DNA of 40,418 nt from an uncultured Candidatus Saccharibacteria bacterium (GCA_964635155.1 CAZWNE010000003.1:1-40418); one strand, 5' to 3'; positions 16,185 to 27,191 are shown, counted from the first letter of the stretch. The notes: generated by a model from the sequence alone, not told the origin. Numbers and translations: made by a program.

Positions 16185-18122
16185 ATGATACTCCAAAAAT
16201 GGCCAAAACATGGCCAATGGAAGCAGTTTTTTAGGGTCTTAAATAAGAAGGAAAAATACTTCCTTTTTTCCGCCATTATTTTATTTTCCTTGTCTGCTAT
16301 ATTTTTACTGGTTAATTTCTATTTTGAAAATACTAAAATAGTTCCCAAGCAAGGCGGCAACTATACCGAAGGGGTAATCGGCCAACCAAGATTAATCAAT
16401 CCAATTTTTGCTCCGGCCAACGATACTGATCGCGATTTGTCTGAGCTTATTTTTTCCGGACTTTTAAAATATGATTACCAAGGGAAATTAGTCCCGGATT
16501 TAGCGAAAGATTACCAAGTTTCAGAAGAGGGAAAAGTTTTTGAGTTTAATCTTAGAGAAAATTCGTTTTGGCAGGACGGGAAACCCTTAACGGCCGATGA
16601 TGTAGTTTTTACAATTAAAACAATCCAAAATCCGGATTATAAATCTCCCTTGAGGCCGAGCTGGCTGGGGGTAGAAGTAGAGAAAATTTCCGATATTAAA
16701 GTCCGTTTCACTCTTAAAAATTCTTCGGCGATTTTTTTAGAAAATACCACTTTAAAAATTTTGCCCAAGCATATCTGGCAGGATATCGACCCGAATAATT
16801 TTCCTCTGTCAGTCTTTAATTTAAAACCCGTGGGATCGGGCCCTTATAAAATAAAAAAAATAGACCAAGCCAAAGGGGGAAAAATTATTTCTTTGACCTT
16901 AATCCGCAATCCCTATTCTCTGCGAGAATCGAATCTTAATAAAATTACTTTTAAATTTTTTGATTCGGAGGAAGATTTGCTGAAAGCCGCTCGGAACAAA
17001 AAAATTGAAGGGTTTTCTCTGGCTGATTCTGCCAAAGTTTCCGATGCCAATTTCTATTCTTTTTCTTTGCCCAGATACTTTGCCGTCTTTTTTAATCCTA
17101 AAAACCAAAAAATATTTGAAGACCAAAAAATAATTCAGGCCTTAAATTACGCTACCAATAAGAAAGAAATTATAGAGCAGATTTTGGATGGCAAGGGAAA
17201 AATCGTTGACTCCCCCGTCTTGCCGGATATTTACGGATTTAATCTTCCCCAGAAAATCTACCAATTTGATATTAATGCTGCCAAAGATCTTTTGGAAAAG
17301 GCAGGATTTGAAGAAGGAGCGGAAGGGATTCGAGAAAAAATTGTTAAAAAAGAAATTCCCTTTCAGTTCAAAGGTAATTTGAAGCAAGGTTCCCAGGGAG
17401 CGGAAGTTCAGGAGATGCAAAAATGCTTAGCCAGAGACGAGACAATTTACCCCAACGGAGAGATTTCGGGATATTTCGGCCAGAAAACCAAAGAAGCGGT
17501 TACAAAATTCCAGGAGAAATATTTAGAAGAAAGCAGCGGCGAAGTGCTTAGCTTAACCAGAAAAAAACTGAATGAAATTTGTTTTCCGGCTACCGAACAA
17601 AAAATCCAACTTTCTTTCACTTTAATATTGCCCGCCAACCAAGGACAGCTGATTAAAGCGGCAGAATTGTTAAAAAATCAATGGAAAGCCATCGGAGCGA
17701 AAATTGAAATCAAAACGATTGATATCGGCGCGCTGGAAAGAGAAATTATTAAAAGCCGGAGTTACGAAGCCCTTTTATTCGGAGAAATTCTAGGGGCGAC
17801 TCCCGACCCCTTTCCTTTCTGGCATTCATCTCAAAAGAAAGACCCCGGATTAAACCTGGCCATGTACGAAGACGACAAGGCGGATAAACTTTTAGAGGAA
17901 GCCAGGCAAATCAGCGATAAAAAAACCAGGGGGGGAAAATTGGAAAGTTTTCAGGAATTATTCTTAACAAAAATTCCCGTTGTTCTTCTATACAACCCCG
18001 ACTATCTTTATCTTGCTTCAAAAAAAATAAAGGGCGTAAATGCCGGCATTATTGCTGACCCGTCAAAAAGATTTTCCGAAATTACTAATTGGTATATAAA
18101 AACTAAAAGAGCATGGAAGTAA
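16185..18122 (+). CDS. family-5 (peptide/nickel type) solute-binding protein with inserted peptidoglycan-binding domain
   Basis: 645 aa with an N-terminal TM anchor. SBP_bac_5-like blocks include EGVIGQPRLINPIF, LFSGLLKYD, LVPDLAKDYQVSEEGKVFEFNLRENSFWQDGKPLTADDVVFT and GSGPYK. The internal GSQGAEVQEMQKCLA...GYFGQKTKEAVTKFQEKY is PG_binding_1-like. There are no adjacent ABC permease or ATPase genes. Confidence 0.7.
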   Translation: MILQKWPKHGQWKQFFRVLNKKEKYFLFSAIILFSLSAIFLLVNFYFENTKIVPKQGGNYTEGVIGQPRLINPIFAPANDTDRDLSELIFSGLLKYDYQGKLVPDLAKDYQVSEEGKVFEFNLRENSFWQDGKPLTADDVVFTIKTIQNPDYKSPLRPSWLGVEVEKISDIKVRFTLKNSSAIFLENTTLKILPKHIWQDIDPNNFPLSVFNLKPVGSGPYKIKKIDQAKGGKIISLTLIRNPYSLRESNLNKITFKFFDSEEDLLKAARNKKIEGFSLADSAKVSDANFYSFSLPRYFAVFFNPKNQKIFEDQKIIQALNYATNKKEIIEQILDGKGKIVDSPVLPDIYGFNLPQKIYQFDINAAKDLLEKAGFEEGAEGIREKIVKKEIPFQFKGNLKQGSQGAEVQEMQKCLARDETIYPNGEISGYFGQKTKEAVTKFQEKYLEESSGEVLSLTRKKLNEICFPATEQKIQLSFTLILPANQGQLIKAAELLKNQWKAIGAKIEIKTIDIGALEREIIKSRSYEALLFGEILGATPDPFPFWHSSQKKDPGLNLAMYEDDKADKLLEEARQISDKKTRGGKLESFQELFLTKIPVVLLYNPDYLYLASKKIKGVNAGIIADPSKRFSEITNWYIKTKRAWK

Positions 18123-19111
18123 AGCCTAAAAATTTCCGACAAATAATATTAGATTTCCCGAAACAATTTAGCGTTGGTTTGGAAATAGCAAAAAATATCA
18201 AAATACGGGGTAATTTTATTAAATATGAAATCGTTATCTGCGGCGTAGGCGGAAGCGCTCTACCCGGCGAGCTGTTAAAATTAATAAATGATAATTATCT
18301 GCACCAAAAAATAAAAATAAGCATCAATAGAAACTACAATCTGCCCCACTTTGTTTCAAATAATAATTTAATAGTTTTTATTTCTTATTCCGGCAACACA
18401 GAAGAAACATTATCTTCTTTTAAAAGCGCCCTAAGAAAAAAATTACCCATAGCGGTTATTACTTCCGGCGGAGAACTTTTAAAAATTTGCAAGAAAAAAA
18501 GAATCCCTTTGGCTATCGTGCCCGCAAACATTCCGCCAAGAATGGCTACGGGATATCAGCTTGCAGCCTTAATAAAAATTCTTGAAAACGCCAAAATCAT
18601 TAAAAATATAGAAAAGGAAATTTTAGACATAGAAAAAAATTTAAAGCCACTAAACTTTGAAAAACAAGGCAGAGATTTAGCGGATAAATTATTTGGGAAA
18701 ATTCCCCTGATTTATACTACCCAAAGCTATAAAACCTTGGCCTATATTTGGAAAATAAAATTTAACGAAAACTCAAAAATACCCGCTTTTTACAATTATT
18801 TTCCAGAATTGAATCATAATGAGATGTCTGGATTCCAAAATCTTCAGGGAAAATTTCGCATTATTAGCATGGAAAACGACGAATCGGCTGAAAATTCAAA
18901 AAGAATAAAATTAACCGCCACCTCATTAAAGCAAAAAGGGGTGGAGACGGATATTGTGGCAATTAAGGGAAAAAATATCTTTGATAAAATTTTTTCTAAT
19001 ATTATCTTAAGTGACTGGACTTCTTACTATTTGGCTAAAAAATATAAAATCGACCCTTTTTCGACAAAAATGATCGAAGAATTTAAGAAAAAATTAAAAA
19101 AAATTAAATGA
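18113..19111 (+). CDS. bifunctional phosphoglucose/phosphomannose isomerase (SIS domain)
   Basis: 332 aa with GVGGSALPGELL, ISYSGNTEETL and NHNEM, typical of the archaeal/CPR-type PGI/PMI family. Confidence 0.65.
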   Translation: MEVKPKNFRQIILDFPKQFSVGLEIAKNIKIRGNFIKYEIVICGVGGSALPGELLKLINDNYLHQKIKISINRNYNLPHFVSNNNLIVFISYSGNTEETLSSFKSALRKKLPIAVITSGGELLKICKKKRIPLAIVPANIPPRMATGYQLAALIKILENAKIIKNIEKEILDIEKNLKPLNFEKQGRDLADKLFGKIPLIYTTQSYKTLAYIWKIKFNENSKIPAFYNYFPELNHNEMSGFQNLQGKFRIISMENDESAENSKRIKLTATSLKQKGVETDIVAIKGKNIFDKIFSNIILSDWTSYYLAKKYKIDPFSTKMIEEFKKKLKKIK

Positions 19112-19989
19112 TTCTAACTGTAAAAAAGGCCGTTATTCCGATCGCAGGGCTGGGCACGAGATTCTTGCCCTTAAGCAAGGTTTTGCCTAAAGAACTTTTT
19201 CCCTTGGTAGATAAGCCCGTGCTAGAATATATTATTGAAGAAGCTCAAAATTCCGGCATTAAAAATGTTATTTTTGTCAGCCGGCCGGAAAAAAAGATAG
19301 TGATTGAATATTTTAAAAGATACCTTCAAAAATCTCCGGCATTGGAAAATATTTTAAAAGCAAGAAAAAAAGATTCTCTTCTGGCTGAACTAAAAAATCT
19401 GGAAAAAATCTCAAAAGAAATTTCTTTCTTCCAAACTATTCAAAATCAGCCCTTGGGCGATGGCCATGCTGTTTTACAAGCGAAATCTTTTGTTAAAAAC
19501 GAACCCTTTGCTGTATTATTCGGCGACGACGTCGTGGAATCGAAAACGCCCTGTTTAAAACAATTACTGGAAGTTTTCAAAAAATACCAAAGGCCGGTTT
19601 TGGCCCTTTATCGCCTGCCTAAAGAAAAACTGCCATTTTACGGAATAGCTGGAGTAAAAAAAATCGGGCCGCGTCTTTACGAAATTAAAAAAATAGTGGA
19701 AAAGCCCAAGATTCCCCAAGCCCCGTCCAATTTAACCATTGTTGGAAAATATATTTTAACTCCTGATATTTTTGATTATCTGGAAAGTCAAAATGGTGAT
19801 GCTAAAAAAGAGATAATTATAGCTAACGCCTTGATGCAAATGATAAAAGACGGCAAAAAGGTTTTAGGCCTAGAATTTGAAGGAAAATGGCTGGAATGCG
19901 GCAACAAATTGGCGTTTTTAGAATCTAATTTGTATCTTTGCTTAAAACATCCTGAATTCGGGCCGCATCTTAGAAAAATAATAAAATAG
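19108..19989 (+). CDS. galU: UTP--glucose-1-phosphate uridylyltransferase
   Basis: KAVIPIAGLGTRFLPLSKVLPKELFPLVDKPVLEYIIEE, LGDGHAV and VEKP. ATGA overlap with the upstream gene. Confidence 0.88.
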   Translation: MILTVKKAVIPIAGLGTRFLPLSKVLPKELFPLVDKPVLEYIIEEAQNSGIKNVIFVSRPEKKIVIEYFKRYLQKSPALENILKARKKDSLLAELKNLEKISKEISFFQTIQNQPLGDGHAVLQAKSFVKNEPFAVLFGDDVVESKTPCLKQLLEVFKKYQRPVLALYRLPKEKLPFYGIAGVKKIGPRLYEIKKIVEKPKIPQAPSNLTIVGKYILTPDIFDYLESQNGDAKKEIIIANALMQMIKDGKKVLGLEFEGKWLECGNKLAFLESNLYLCLKHPEFGPHLRKIIK

Positions 19990-20074
19990 GCGGGCGTGGC
20001 GGAATTGGAATACGCGTGGCGTTCAGAACGCCATGTCGCAAGACTTGTGGGTTCGAGTCCCACCGTCCGCACCA
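19990..20074 (+). tRNA. tRNA-Leu (anticodon CAG), CCA encoded
   Basis: Acceptor GCGGGCG/CGUCCGC, anticodon stem UGGCG/CGCCA with loop UUCAGAA, long variable arm, T arm GUGGG-UUCGAGU-CCCAC, then ACCA. Confidence 0.9.
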
Positions 20075-20115
20075 GTATTGTTCTTTAAATTAATAAGTGC
20101 TAATATATAAAAACA

Positions 20116-20304
20116 ATGCCACTTATAACAGTTGAAAAAACAAAAAAATATCTCGTATTAAGAATCCCTCTCGGGGCTGTTGAACAAAACGGCCAGAGAA
20201 TCATTGACAAAGCGATTAAGGAAGGACTCAGCGACATTGCGGCCGGAAGGACATTCGGGCCCTTTCGGAGCGTTCGCGAATTCAAGCAAACGCTAAGAAA
20301 ATGA
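20116..20304 (+). CDS. putative type II antitoxin
   Basis: 62-aa ORF whose stop overlaps (ATGA) the start of a RelE/ParE-like toxin gene. The call rests mainly on position. Confidence 0.45.
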   Translation: MPLITVEKTKKYLVLRIPLGAVEQNGQRIIDKAIKEGLSDIAAGRTFGPFRSVREFKQTLRK

Positions 20305-20546
20305 GGTTGTTATTCAGCGGCAAAGCCCTGCGCGATTATCAAAGTGCTCCAGCAAGAATACAGCAAGCTGTTGATAAGCAGTTGAGTTTTTTATTAAAAA
20401 ATCTCAAATACCCCTCGCTTCATGCTAAAAAATACGATGAGAATAAGGATATTTGGCAAGCTCGCCTTGCTAAAGATTGGCGATTTTACTTTCAAATTCG
20501 TAAAGATATTTACTATATCATTACCATTATAAAACACCCTAAATAA
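20301..20546 (+). CDS. RelE/ParE-superfamily toxin
   Basis: 81 aa. ...LKNLKYPSLHAKKYDENKDIWQARLAKDWRFYFQIRKDIYYIITIIKHPK matches the usual RelE/ParE C-terminal pattern (W-x-x-R-x-x-x-x-R-x-x-Y ... I-x-x-H). Confidence 0.6.
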   Translation: MRLLFSGKALRDYQSAPARIQQAVDKQLSFLLKNLKYPSLHAKKYDENKDIWQARLAKDWRFYFQIRKDIYYIITIIKHPK

Positions 20547-20600
20547 ATCTCTATTTTTATCAAAAGAGAAAATTTTTAATCATTTTTGTATTTTTAGTGT

Positions 20601-21293
20601 ATGAAAACTGTCGGGATAATCGGTGGGTTAGGGCCCGAAACAACAGCAGAATTTTACTTGGAATTAAGCTTTGGTTGTTATCGAAAAAATAAAGAGAGGA
20701 GACCGGGGATTTTGATTTGGAATGTTCCACAAAGTTATAAAATTGAACAAGAAGCACAGGTAGAAGCAAAAAGAGAAGAAAGATATATCCCATATCTTAC
20801 CAAAGCAGCAAAAATGCTGGAAAAAACTGGCGCTGATTTTTTAGTTATGCCGTGTAATACGCTTCATATTTTTATTGAAGATATCAGGAAATCGGTAAAA
20901 ATACCCGTCTTGAGTATAGTAGAAGAAACTATTAAATTTCTAAAAAATAAAAATTCATCGAGGGTTGGCATATTGGCAATGCCAAGTGCTATAAAAAACA
21001 AACTATATGGAAATGCCCTAAAAAAAGAGGGCATTGGGCAAGTTTTGCCTACTGATTTTGACCAGGCTAAAATCGGCAAAATAGTAAATAATATTGTATT
21101 AAACAGACAAAGCAATAAAGACAGAAAAGAACTTCTCAAAATAATAGACGGTTTTAGCAAAAATGGCGTAAAAGATGTTATCTTAGCATGCACAGATTTG
21201 CAGCTTTTGATACCATACCATCCAAAACTTAGGATATATGACACAATGAAGATTTTCGTTGACGCTACTATCCGAGAGATACTAAAAGATTAA
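20601..21293 (+). CDS. aspartate/glutamate racemase family protein (Asp racemase-like)
   Basis: MKTVGIIGGLGPETTAEFY, with catalytic Cys motifs MPCNTLH and ILACTDL. Confidence 0.8.
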   Translation: MKTVGIIGGLGPETTAEFYLELSFGCYRKNKERRPGILIWNVPQSYKIEQEAQVEAKREERYIPYLTKAAKMLEKTGADFLVMPCNTLHIFIEDIRKSVKIPVLSIVEETIKFLKNKNSSRVGILAMPSAIKNKLYGNALKKEGIGQVLPTDFDQAKIGKIVNNIVLNRQSNKDRKELLKIIDGFSKNGVKDVILACTDLQLLIPYHPKLRIYDTMKIFVDATIREILKD

Positions 21294-21308
21294 ACAATTT
21301 GCCAAGTT

Positions 21309-21329
21309 GTTAGACGTCGGACGTCTAAC
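21309..21329. terminator. perfect 10-1-10 palindrome downstream of the racemase gene (possible terminator)
   Basis: GTTAGACGTC-G-GACGTCTAAC. There is no clear U-tract. Confidence 0.3.
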
Positions 21330-21350
21330 ACGGCACTAATTAAAAAATTT

Positions 21351-23051
21351 ATGATAAAACAACAACATCAGCAGCTAAGACAGCCGCATTTGCGAATTAT
21401 CCCCTTGGGGGGATTGGGAGAGGTCGGCCGGAATATGATGCTCTTGGAATGGCAAGAGCAAATTTTGATTGTTGATATGGGATTCAGGATGCCGGAAGAA
21501 AATATGCCCGGCGTTGATTTTTTAATTCCCAATATCGAATATCTAAAAAATAAAAAAGACAAAATTGTCGGAATTATCTTTTCCCATGGCCATTATGACC
21601 ACATCGGCGCCGTCCCTTATCTGATTGATAAAATCTGGTCGCCCCGTTTAAGGATATTCGCCGCTCCTTTAGCCAGAGCCATTATTCTGAAAAGGCAGGA
21701 AGAATTTCCCAACTTGCCAAAATTAAACATTGAAGAAGCTAAAGACGGATTCAAAGTTCAACTGGGCCCCTTCCAAGCGGAATTTTTTAAACAAAACCAC
21801 AACATCCCCGACGACTTGGGCCTTTTTATCGCAACTCCCGAAGGAAATATTATTTATACTTCCGACTTCAAATTCGACCCCACCCCGGTCAATGATTCGC
21901 CCACCGATTTTCAAAAACTCAAAAATATAGGCGAAAGAAAAATCATGCTTTTGATGCAAGATTCAACCGGAGCCGAAGAAGAAGGCCATTCTCTTTCCGA
22001 AAAAACAATTGAAAAAAACTTGGAAGAAATTTTCCAACGCTCCCAGGGCAGAATTATTGCCGCCACATTTTCTTCGCTTATTAACCGGGTCCAACAGCTA
22101 ATTTCTTTGTCTGAAAAATACGACCGAAGAGTGGCCCTGGAGGGCTATTCTATGAAGAGTAATGCGGAAATCGGCCGAGTTTTGGGCTATATTAAGGCCA
22201 AAAAGGGAACGCTTGTTTCCACGAAAGAAATTATCGGATTACCTGATTCAAAAGTTACGGTCATATGCACGGGCGCTCAAGGTGAAGCGGAGGCGGTTTT
22301 GATGAGAATTGCCACGGGAGCCCACAGATTTTTAAAATTAAAAAAAGGCGACTCGGTCATACTTTCTTCTTCGGTTATACCGGGCAATGAAAGAACGGTC
22401 CAATTTTTAAAAGACGGAATTCTGCGCCAAGGCACCAAAGTATTTCATTATAAAATGATGGATATACATGCGGGCGGACATGCCCAAAGAGAAGAATTAA
22501 GAGAAATGATACGAATAATGCATCCTCAGTTTTTCCTGCCGGTTCACGGCCAGTATTCGATGCTGATTGCCAACGCCGATTTGGCCAGGGAAGTCGGGGT
22601 GCCAGAAAAAAATATTGTCGTGGCGGAAAACGGCAATATTGTGGACGTGAGCAAGAGAGGAATTTCCATTGAAAGAACTCAGGTGCCGGCAAACTATATT
22701 ATGGTTGACGGATTGGGCGTGGGAGATATCGGCGAGATTGTCTTAAGAGACCGCCAGATGCTGGCTGAAGACGGCATGTTCGTGATTGTGGCCATAGTGG
22801 ACAGAACTACTGGCAAAGTAAAGGGTTCTCCTGATATAATATCAAGAGGATTCGTCTATTTAAGAGAATCGAAAGACCTGCTTTTTGAGACAAGAAAAAA
22901 AGCGATTGAAATTATCAATAAAGCCATCGGCTCGGGGAAAGCCGTCAACTGGATCTACATTAAAGACGAATTAAGGAATAAAATCGGCGACTTTCTATTC
23001 ACTAAAACCCAAAGAAGGCCGATGGTCCTACCAGTGGTAATTGAAGTTTAG
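21351..23051 (+). CDS. rnj: ribonuclease J
   Basis: 566 aa with metallo-beta-lactamase HGHYDHIGAVPYL, beta-CASP and a C-terminal domain. LRIIPLGGLGEVGRNM is typical of the RNase J N-terminus. Confidence 0.88.
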   Translation: MIKQQHQQLRQPHLRIIPLGGLGEVGRNMMLLEWQEQILIVDMGFRMPEENMPGVDFLIPNIEYLKNKKDKIVGIIFSHGHYDHIGAVPYLIDKIWSPRLRIFAAPLARAIILKRQEEFPNLPKLNIEEAKDGFKVQLGPFQAEFFKQNHNIPDDLGLFIATPEGNIIYTSDFKFDPTPVNDSPTDFQKLKNIGERKIMLLMQDSTGAEEEGHSLSEKTIEKNLEEIFQRSQGRIIAATFSSLINRVQQLISLSEKYDRRVALEGYSMKSNAEIGRVLGYIKAKKGTLVSTKEIIGLPDSKVTVICTGAQGEAEAVLMRIATGAHRFLKLKKGDSVILSSSVIPGNERTVQFLKDGILRQGTKVFHYKMMDIHAGGHAQREELREMIRIMHPQFFLPVHGQYSMLIANADLAREVGVPEKNIVVAENGNIVDVSKRGISIERTQVPANYIMVDGLGVGDIGEIVLRDRQMLAEDGMFVIVAIVDRTTGKVKGSPDIISRGFVYLRESKDLLFETRKKAIEIINKAIGSGKAVNWIYIKDELRNKIGDFLFTKTQRRPMVLPVVIEV

Positions 23052-23055
23052 CAAT

Positions 23056-24033
23056 ATGAGAATATTTAGTGGCATCCGTCCTACGGGCGAATTGCATATC
23101 GGAAATTATCTGGGCGCCATTAAGCAATGGCTGGAACTTCAGGAAAAAAATGAGGCGATTTTTTGCATTGTCGACTGGCACGCTATTACCACTCCATTTG
23201 ACCCGAAAAAAATGCAGAAAAATATTTTGGACGTGGCCATTGCCTACCTCGCCGCCGGATTGGACCCGGAAAAATGCATTTTTTTCATCCAATCACAAGT
23301 CAAAGAGCATGCCGAACTGGCCTGGCTCTTGGGAACAATCACGCCCTTGGGAGAATTGGAAAGGATGACCCAGTTCAAAGAAAAAGCCAAAAAACATAAA
23401 GAATATGTTAATGCCGGCCTTTTAACCTATCCTGTTTTAATGGCTTCAGATATTCTGCTCTACCAAACCGAAGCCGTACCTGTCGGCAAAGACCAAGAAC
23501 AGCACGTAGAATTAGCCAGAACTATTGCCAGAAAATTCAACCAAAAATTCGGCGATGTTTTTGAAGAACCGAGAGCTCTGCTTCCTAAATTCGGGGCGAA
23601 AATAATGTCCTTGCAAAATCCCAAGAAAAAAATGTCTAAAACTGACGATGCCAAGGGTTATCTCGGCCTTTTTGAAGAACCGGAGGCAATTACCAAAAAA
23701 ATAATGTCCTCGGTCACTGACACCGGCAGAATAATTCAGTATGACCCCGATAAAAAGCCGGGCATTGCCAATCTTTTGACCATCTTTTCTTTGTTTTCCG
23801 GAAAATCAATCAAAGATATTGAAAAGCAATTCAAAAACAAGGGTTACGCCGATTTTAAAACAAAATTGGCCGAACTTTTGGTTTTGAAATTAGAACCCTT
23901 CCGCCGGAAAAGAAAAGAACTTCTGACCAGAGAAGTTTACGTTAAAGAGATTTTAGACCAAGGCCAAAGAAAAGCCGAAATTTTAGCCCAATCCACAATA
24001 ATAAAGGTCCGCCAAAAAATGGGACTGGTTTAA
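23056..24033 (+). CDS. trpS: tryptophan--tRNA ligase
   Basis: MRIFSGIRPTGELHIGNYLG (HIGH-type) and KKKMSKTD (KMSKS). The start is taken at ATG 23056 rather than the track TTG 23041. Confidence 0.92.
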   Translation: MRIFSGIRPTGELHIGNYLGAIKQWLELQEKNEAIFCIVDWHAITTPFDPKKMQKNILDVAIAYLAAGLDPEKCIFFIQSQVKEHAELAWLLGTITPLGELERMTQFKEKAKKHKEYVNAGLLTYPVLMASDILLYQTEAVPVGKDQEQHVELARTIARKFNQKFGDVFEEPRALLPKFGAKIMSLQNPKKKMSKTDDAKGYLGLFEEPEAITKKIMSSVTDTGRIIQYDPDKKPGIANLLTIFSLFSGKSIKDIEKQFKNKGYADFKTKLAELLVLKLEPFRRKRKELLTREVYVKEILDQGQRKAEILAQSTIIKVRQKMGLV

Positions 24034-24041
24034 TCTCGTAA

Positions 24042-24659
24042 ATGATAAGGCTATCAGAGATCACTATTGATAAGATAAAAAACCGAGGGATGGAAAAAAT
24101 TTTACCGGAACTTTATGAATTAGAAAAAAGCATTGAAAATAATGGTTCCCATAATAATCAACCGGTTTTTGAACATATTATATCTGTTGTAAGCGCATTA
24201 GAGAAATTACTGCCTGGGCTTAACCAAAAAAATAAAAATTACCTGGCGGAAACAATAGATTCTTATTCCCGAAAACAGCTTCTGTTCCTAGCGGCCCTTC
24301 TTCACGACATCGGTAAAAAAGAAACAATAAAAAGAGACGGGGATACCGTTAGTTTCCCTGGTCACGAAAAAACCGGGGCAGAAAAACTCAAAACAATCTT
24401 ACCTAATTTTGATTTATCGGAAAAAGAAAGGGAGCTGGTCATTAAGATTATCAAAAATCATGGCTTTTTTCATAATCTTCTAGATAAAAGAACAAATATC
24501 AACCCAAGCCAAAAAACCTCAGAATTCCAAAAAATGAACTATGATATTTTTTATGAAGTAGTTTTGCTAACCCGAGCTGATCTGCTGGGCGGTCATTTAA
24601 TGAATAATAATCCAGAAGAATTCAACTTTAGAATAAATTTCTTAAATAAAATTATATAG
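24042..24659 (+). CDS. HD-domain protein
   Basis: 205 aa with FEHIISV... and AALLHDIGKKET. Confidence 0.6.
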   Translation: MIRLSEITIDKIKNRGMEKILPELYELEKSIENNGSHNNQPVFEHIISVVSALEKLLPGLNQKNKNYLAETIDSYSRKQLLFLAALLHDIGKKETIKRDGDTVSFPGHEKTGAEKLKTILPNFDLSEKERELVIKIIKNHGFFHNLLDKRTNINPSQKTSEFQKMNYDIFYEVVLLTRADLLGGHLMNNNPEEFNFRINFLNKII

Positions 24660-24663
24660 GGAA

Positions 24664-24688
24664 ATGGCGCCAAGTACGCCATTTTTTT
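24664..24688. terminator. terminator between the convergent HD and PMM/PGM genes
   Basis: ATGGCG-CCAAGTA-CGCCAT followed by TTTTTT. Confidence 0.6.
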
Positions 24689-24695
24689 AATGGTC

Positions 24696-26117
24696 CTAAT
24701 CTAAGGAATCGGCATTGACGTTTATTTTAGAATTCCAGTCAACTTCTTTATAATTATGAAGAAGTTTTTTTATATAATCTTTCAAAAAATTATAACGGTC
24801 TTGGGTTTTAGCTTCAAATTTGATTGTTAAATAAGGGCCGTTTTGGGAATAACGGATGATAAACATTCCATCTGATAAATTAAGGCGAACGCCGTCCCCC
24901 ACCCGTTCGTCGTCAATTATTTGGGCCTCCGGGAAACTATTTTTTAGAACATTCCCGATTTCAGCCATTAATCCGACTTTTTTCTCATCAGGGCAAAATA
25001 ATTTGATTTCCGGGCTGGAGATATACTCGGGAAAAGATTTAATAACAGCAGACAATGGCTGCTTTGATTTTGCCAAGTGGCTTAATAGCCTTAATGTCGA
25101 ATAAAGGCCATCGTCATGATTATAAAAATCTGCGGAAAAAAAGAAATGTCCCGATAGTTCTCCGATAAAGGCCGCTTTTATTTCTTCGTTCTTTTTCTTT
25201 AAAAATGAATACCCCGTTCTCCACATAAACGGCTTGCCTCCGTATTGAACAATTGTCTCTTCAACCGCTTTTGAACATAAAGCATTATACATTATAGTTG
25301 CGCCCGGATGGTCATTTAAAACATCTTTGACAAAAACAGGTAAAAGAGCGTCATTCCAGATAATATTTCCCTTATCATCAACCACGCCGATGCGATCGCC
25401 GTCTGAATCATAAGAAAATCCCAAATTCGCTCCCGACGACGATACCGCCTCTTTTAATCTTTCTGCCACTTCTTTTGAGGTGGGATCTGGGGTGCCGATG
25501 GGAAAGCTGCCGTCAATCTCGCAATTTTTACAGATAACTTCGCAGCCAGCTTTTTTCAAAAGCTCGGGAACAAAAATTCCGGGAGTGGAATTGCTAGGAT
25601 CAACAACTACTTTAAAATTGAAGGGAAGAGAGAATCTCTCAAACAAATTATTAAAATAAGCTTCTTTTATGTCTTTTCTTTCTAAAATTCCCTGGCCTTG
25701 GGAAAATTTTCCGCTTTCGGCTATTTGGCGCAATTCCTGGATTTCTTCACTAACCATGGTGCTCGAAAGCCCCGTGCCAAGCTTAAATCCATTGTATTCG
25801 GCGGGATTATGCGAAGCAGAAACGGAAACATATCCTTCTGCCTCAAAATAATGTTGAGCCCAGGATATTGTTCCAGCCAGGGCTAAACCAATATCAATAA
25901 CATTAACCCCGGCGCTTAAAATGCCTTTTATTATCGCCTCGCTGTAAGATTCGCTCGTCAAACGGCAATCGCGGCCGATGACTGCTTTTTTTATACCGCT
26001 TCTTAATAAAAAAGCACCGTAAGACCGGCCCAAGTGCTCAACTATTTCCGGATTTAAGTCCTTATCAACTAAGCCGCGAATATCATAACCGCGGAATATA
26101 TATGGATTGACTTTCAT
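24696..26117 (-). CDS. phosphomannomutase/phosphoglucomutase
   Basis: 473 aa with the active-site loop SASHNPAEYNGFK and the metal loop GFSYDSDGDR. Confidence 0.9.
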   Translation of the reverse strand: MKVNPYIFRGYDIRGLVDKDLNPEIVEHLGRSYGAFLLRSGIKKAVIGRDCRLTSESYSEAIIKGILSAGVNVIDIGLALAGTISWAQHYFEAEGYVSVSASHNPAEYNGFKLGTGLSSTMVSEEIQELRQIAESGKFSQGQGILERKDIKEAYFNNLFERFSLPFNFKVVVDPSNSTPGIFVPELLKKAGCEVICKNCEIDGSFPIGTPDPTSKEVAERLKEAVSSSGANLGFSYDSDGDRIGVVDDKGNIIWNDALLPVFVKDVLNDHPGATIMYNALCSKAVEETIVQYGGKPFMWRTGYSFLKKKNEEIKAAFIGELSGHFFFSADFYNHDDGLYSTLRLLSHLAKSKQPLSAVIKSFPEYISSPEIKLFCPDEKKVGLMAEIGNVLKNSFPEAQIIDDERVGDGVRLNLSDGMFIIRYSQNGPYLTIKFEAKTQDRYNFLKDYIKKLLHNYKEVDWNSKINVNADSLD

Positions 26118-26141
26118 ATATAATTATTATATCATACAAAC

Positions 26142-27007
<866 letters not shown>

Positions 27008-27191
27008 ATAAAAATTGGTTTTAAAAACTTAATAGGACAAATAAGGTTTATTGCTAGCATTTTTTATTTAGAAGGACATGGTTTACAAAAACAAAGAGAA
27101 AGAAAAGTAAAACAGAAAAGAGTATTATCAAAATAACATAGAAAAGATACTAAAAAATAAAAAAGAATACTACCAAAGAAATAAGGAAAAA

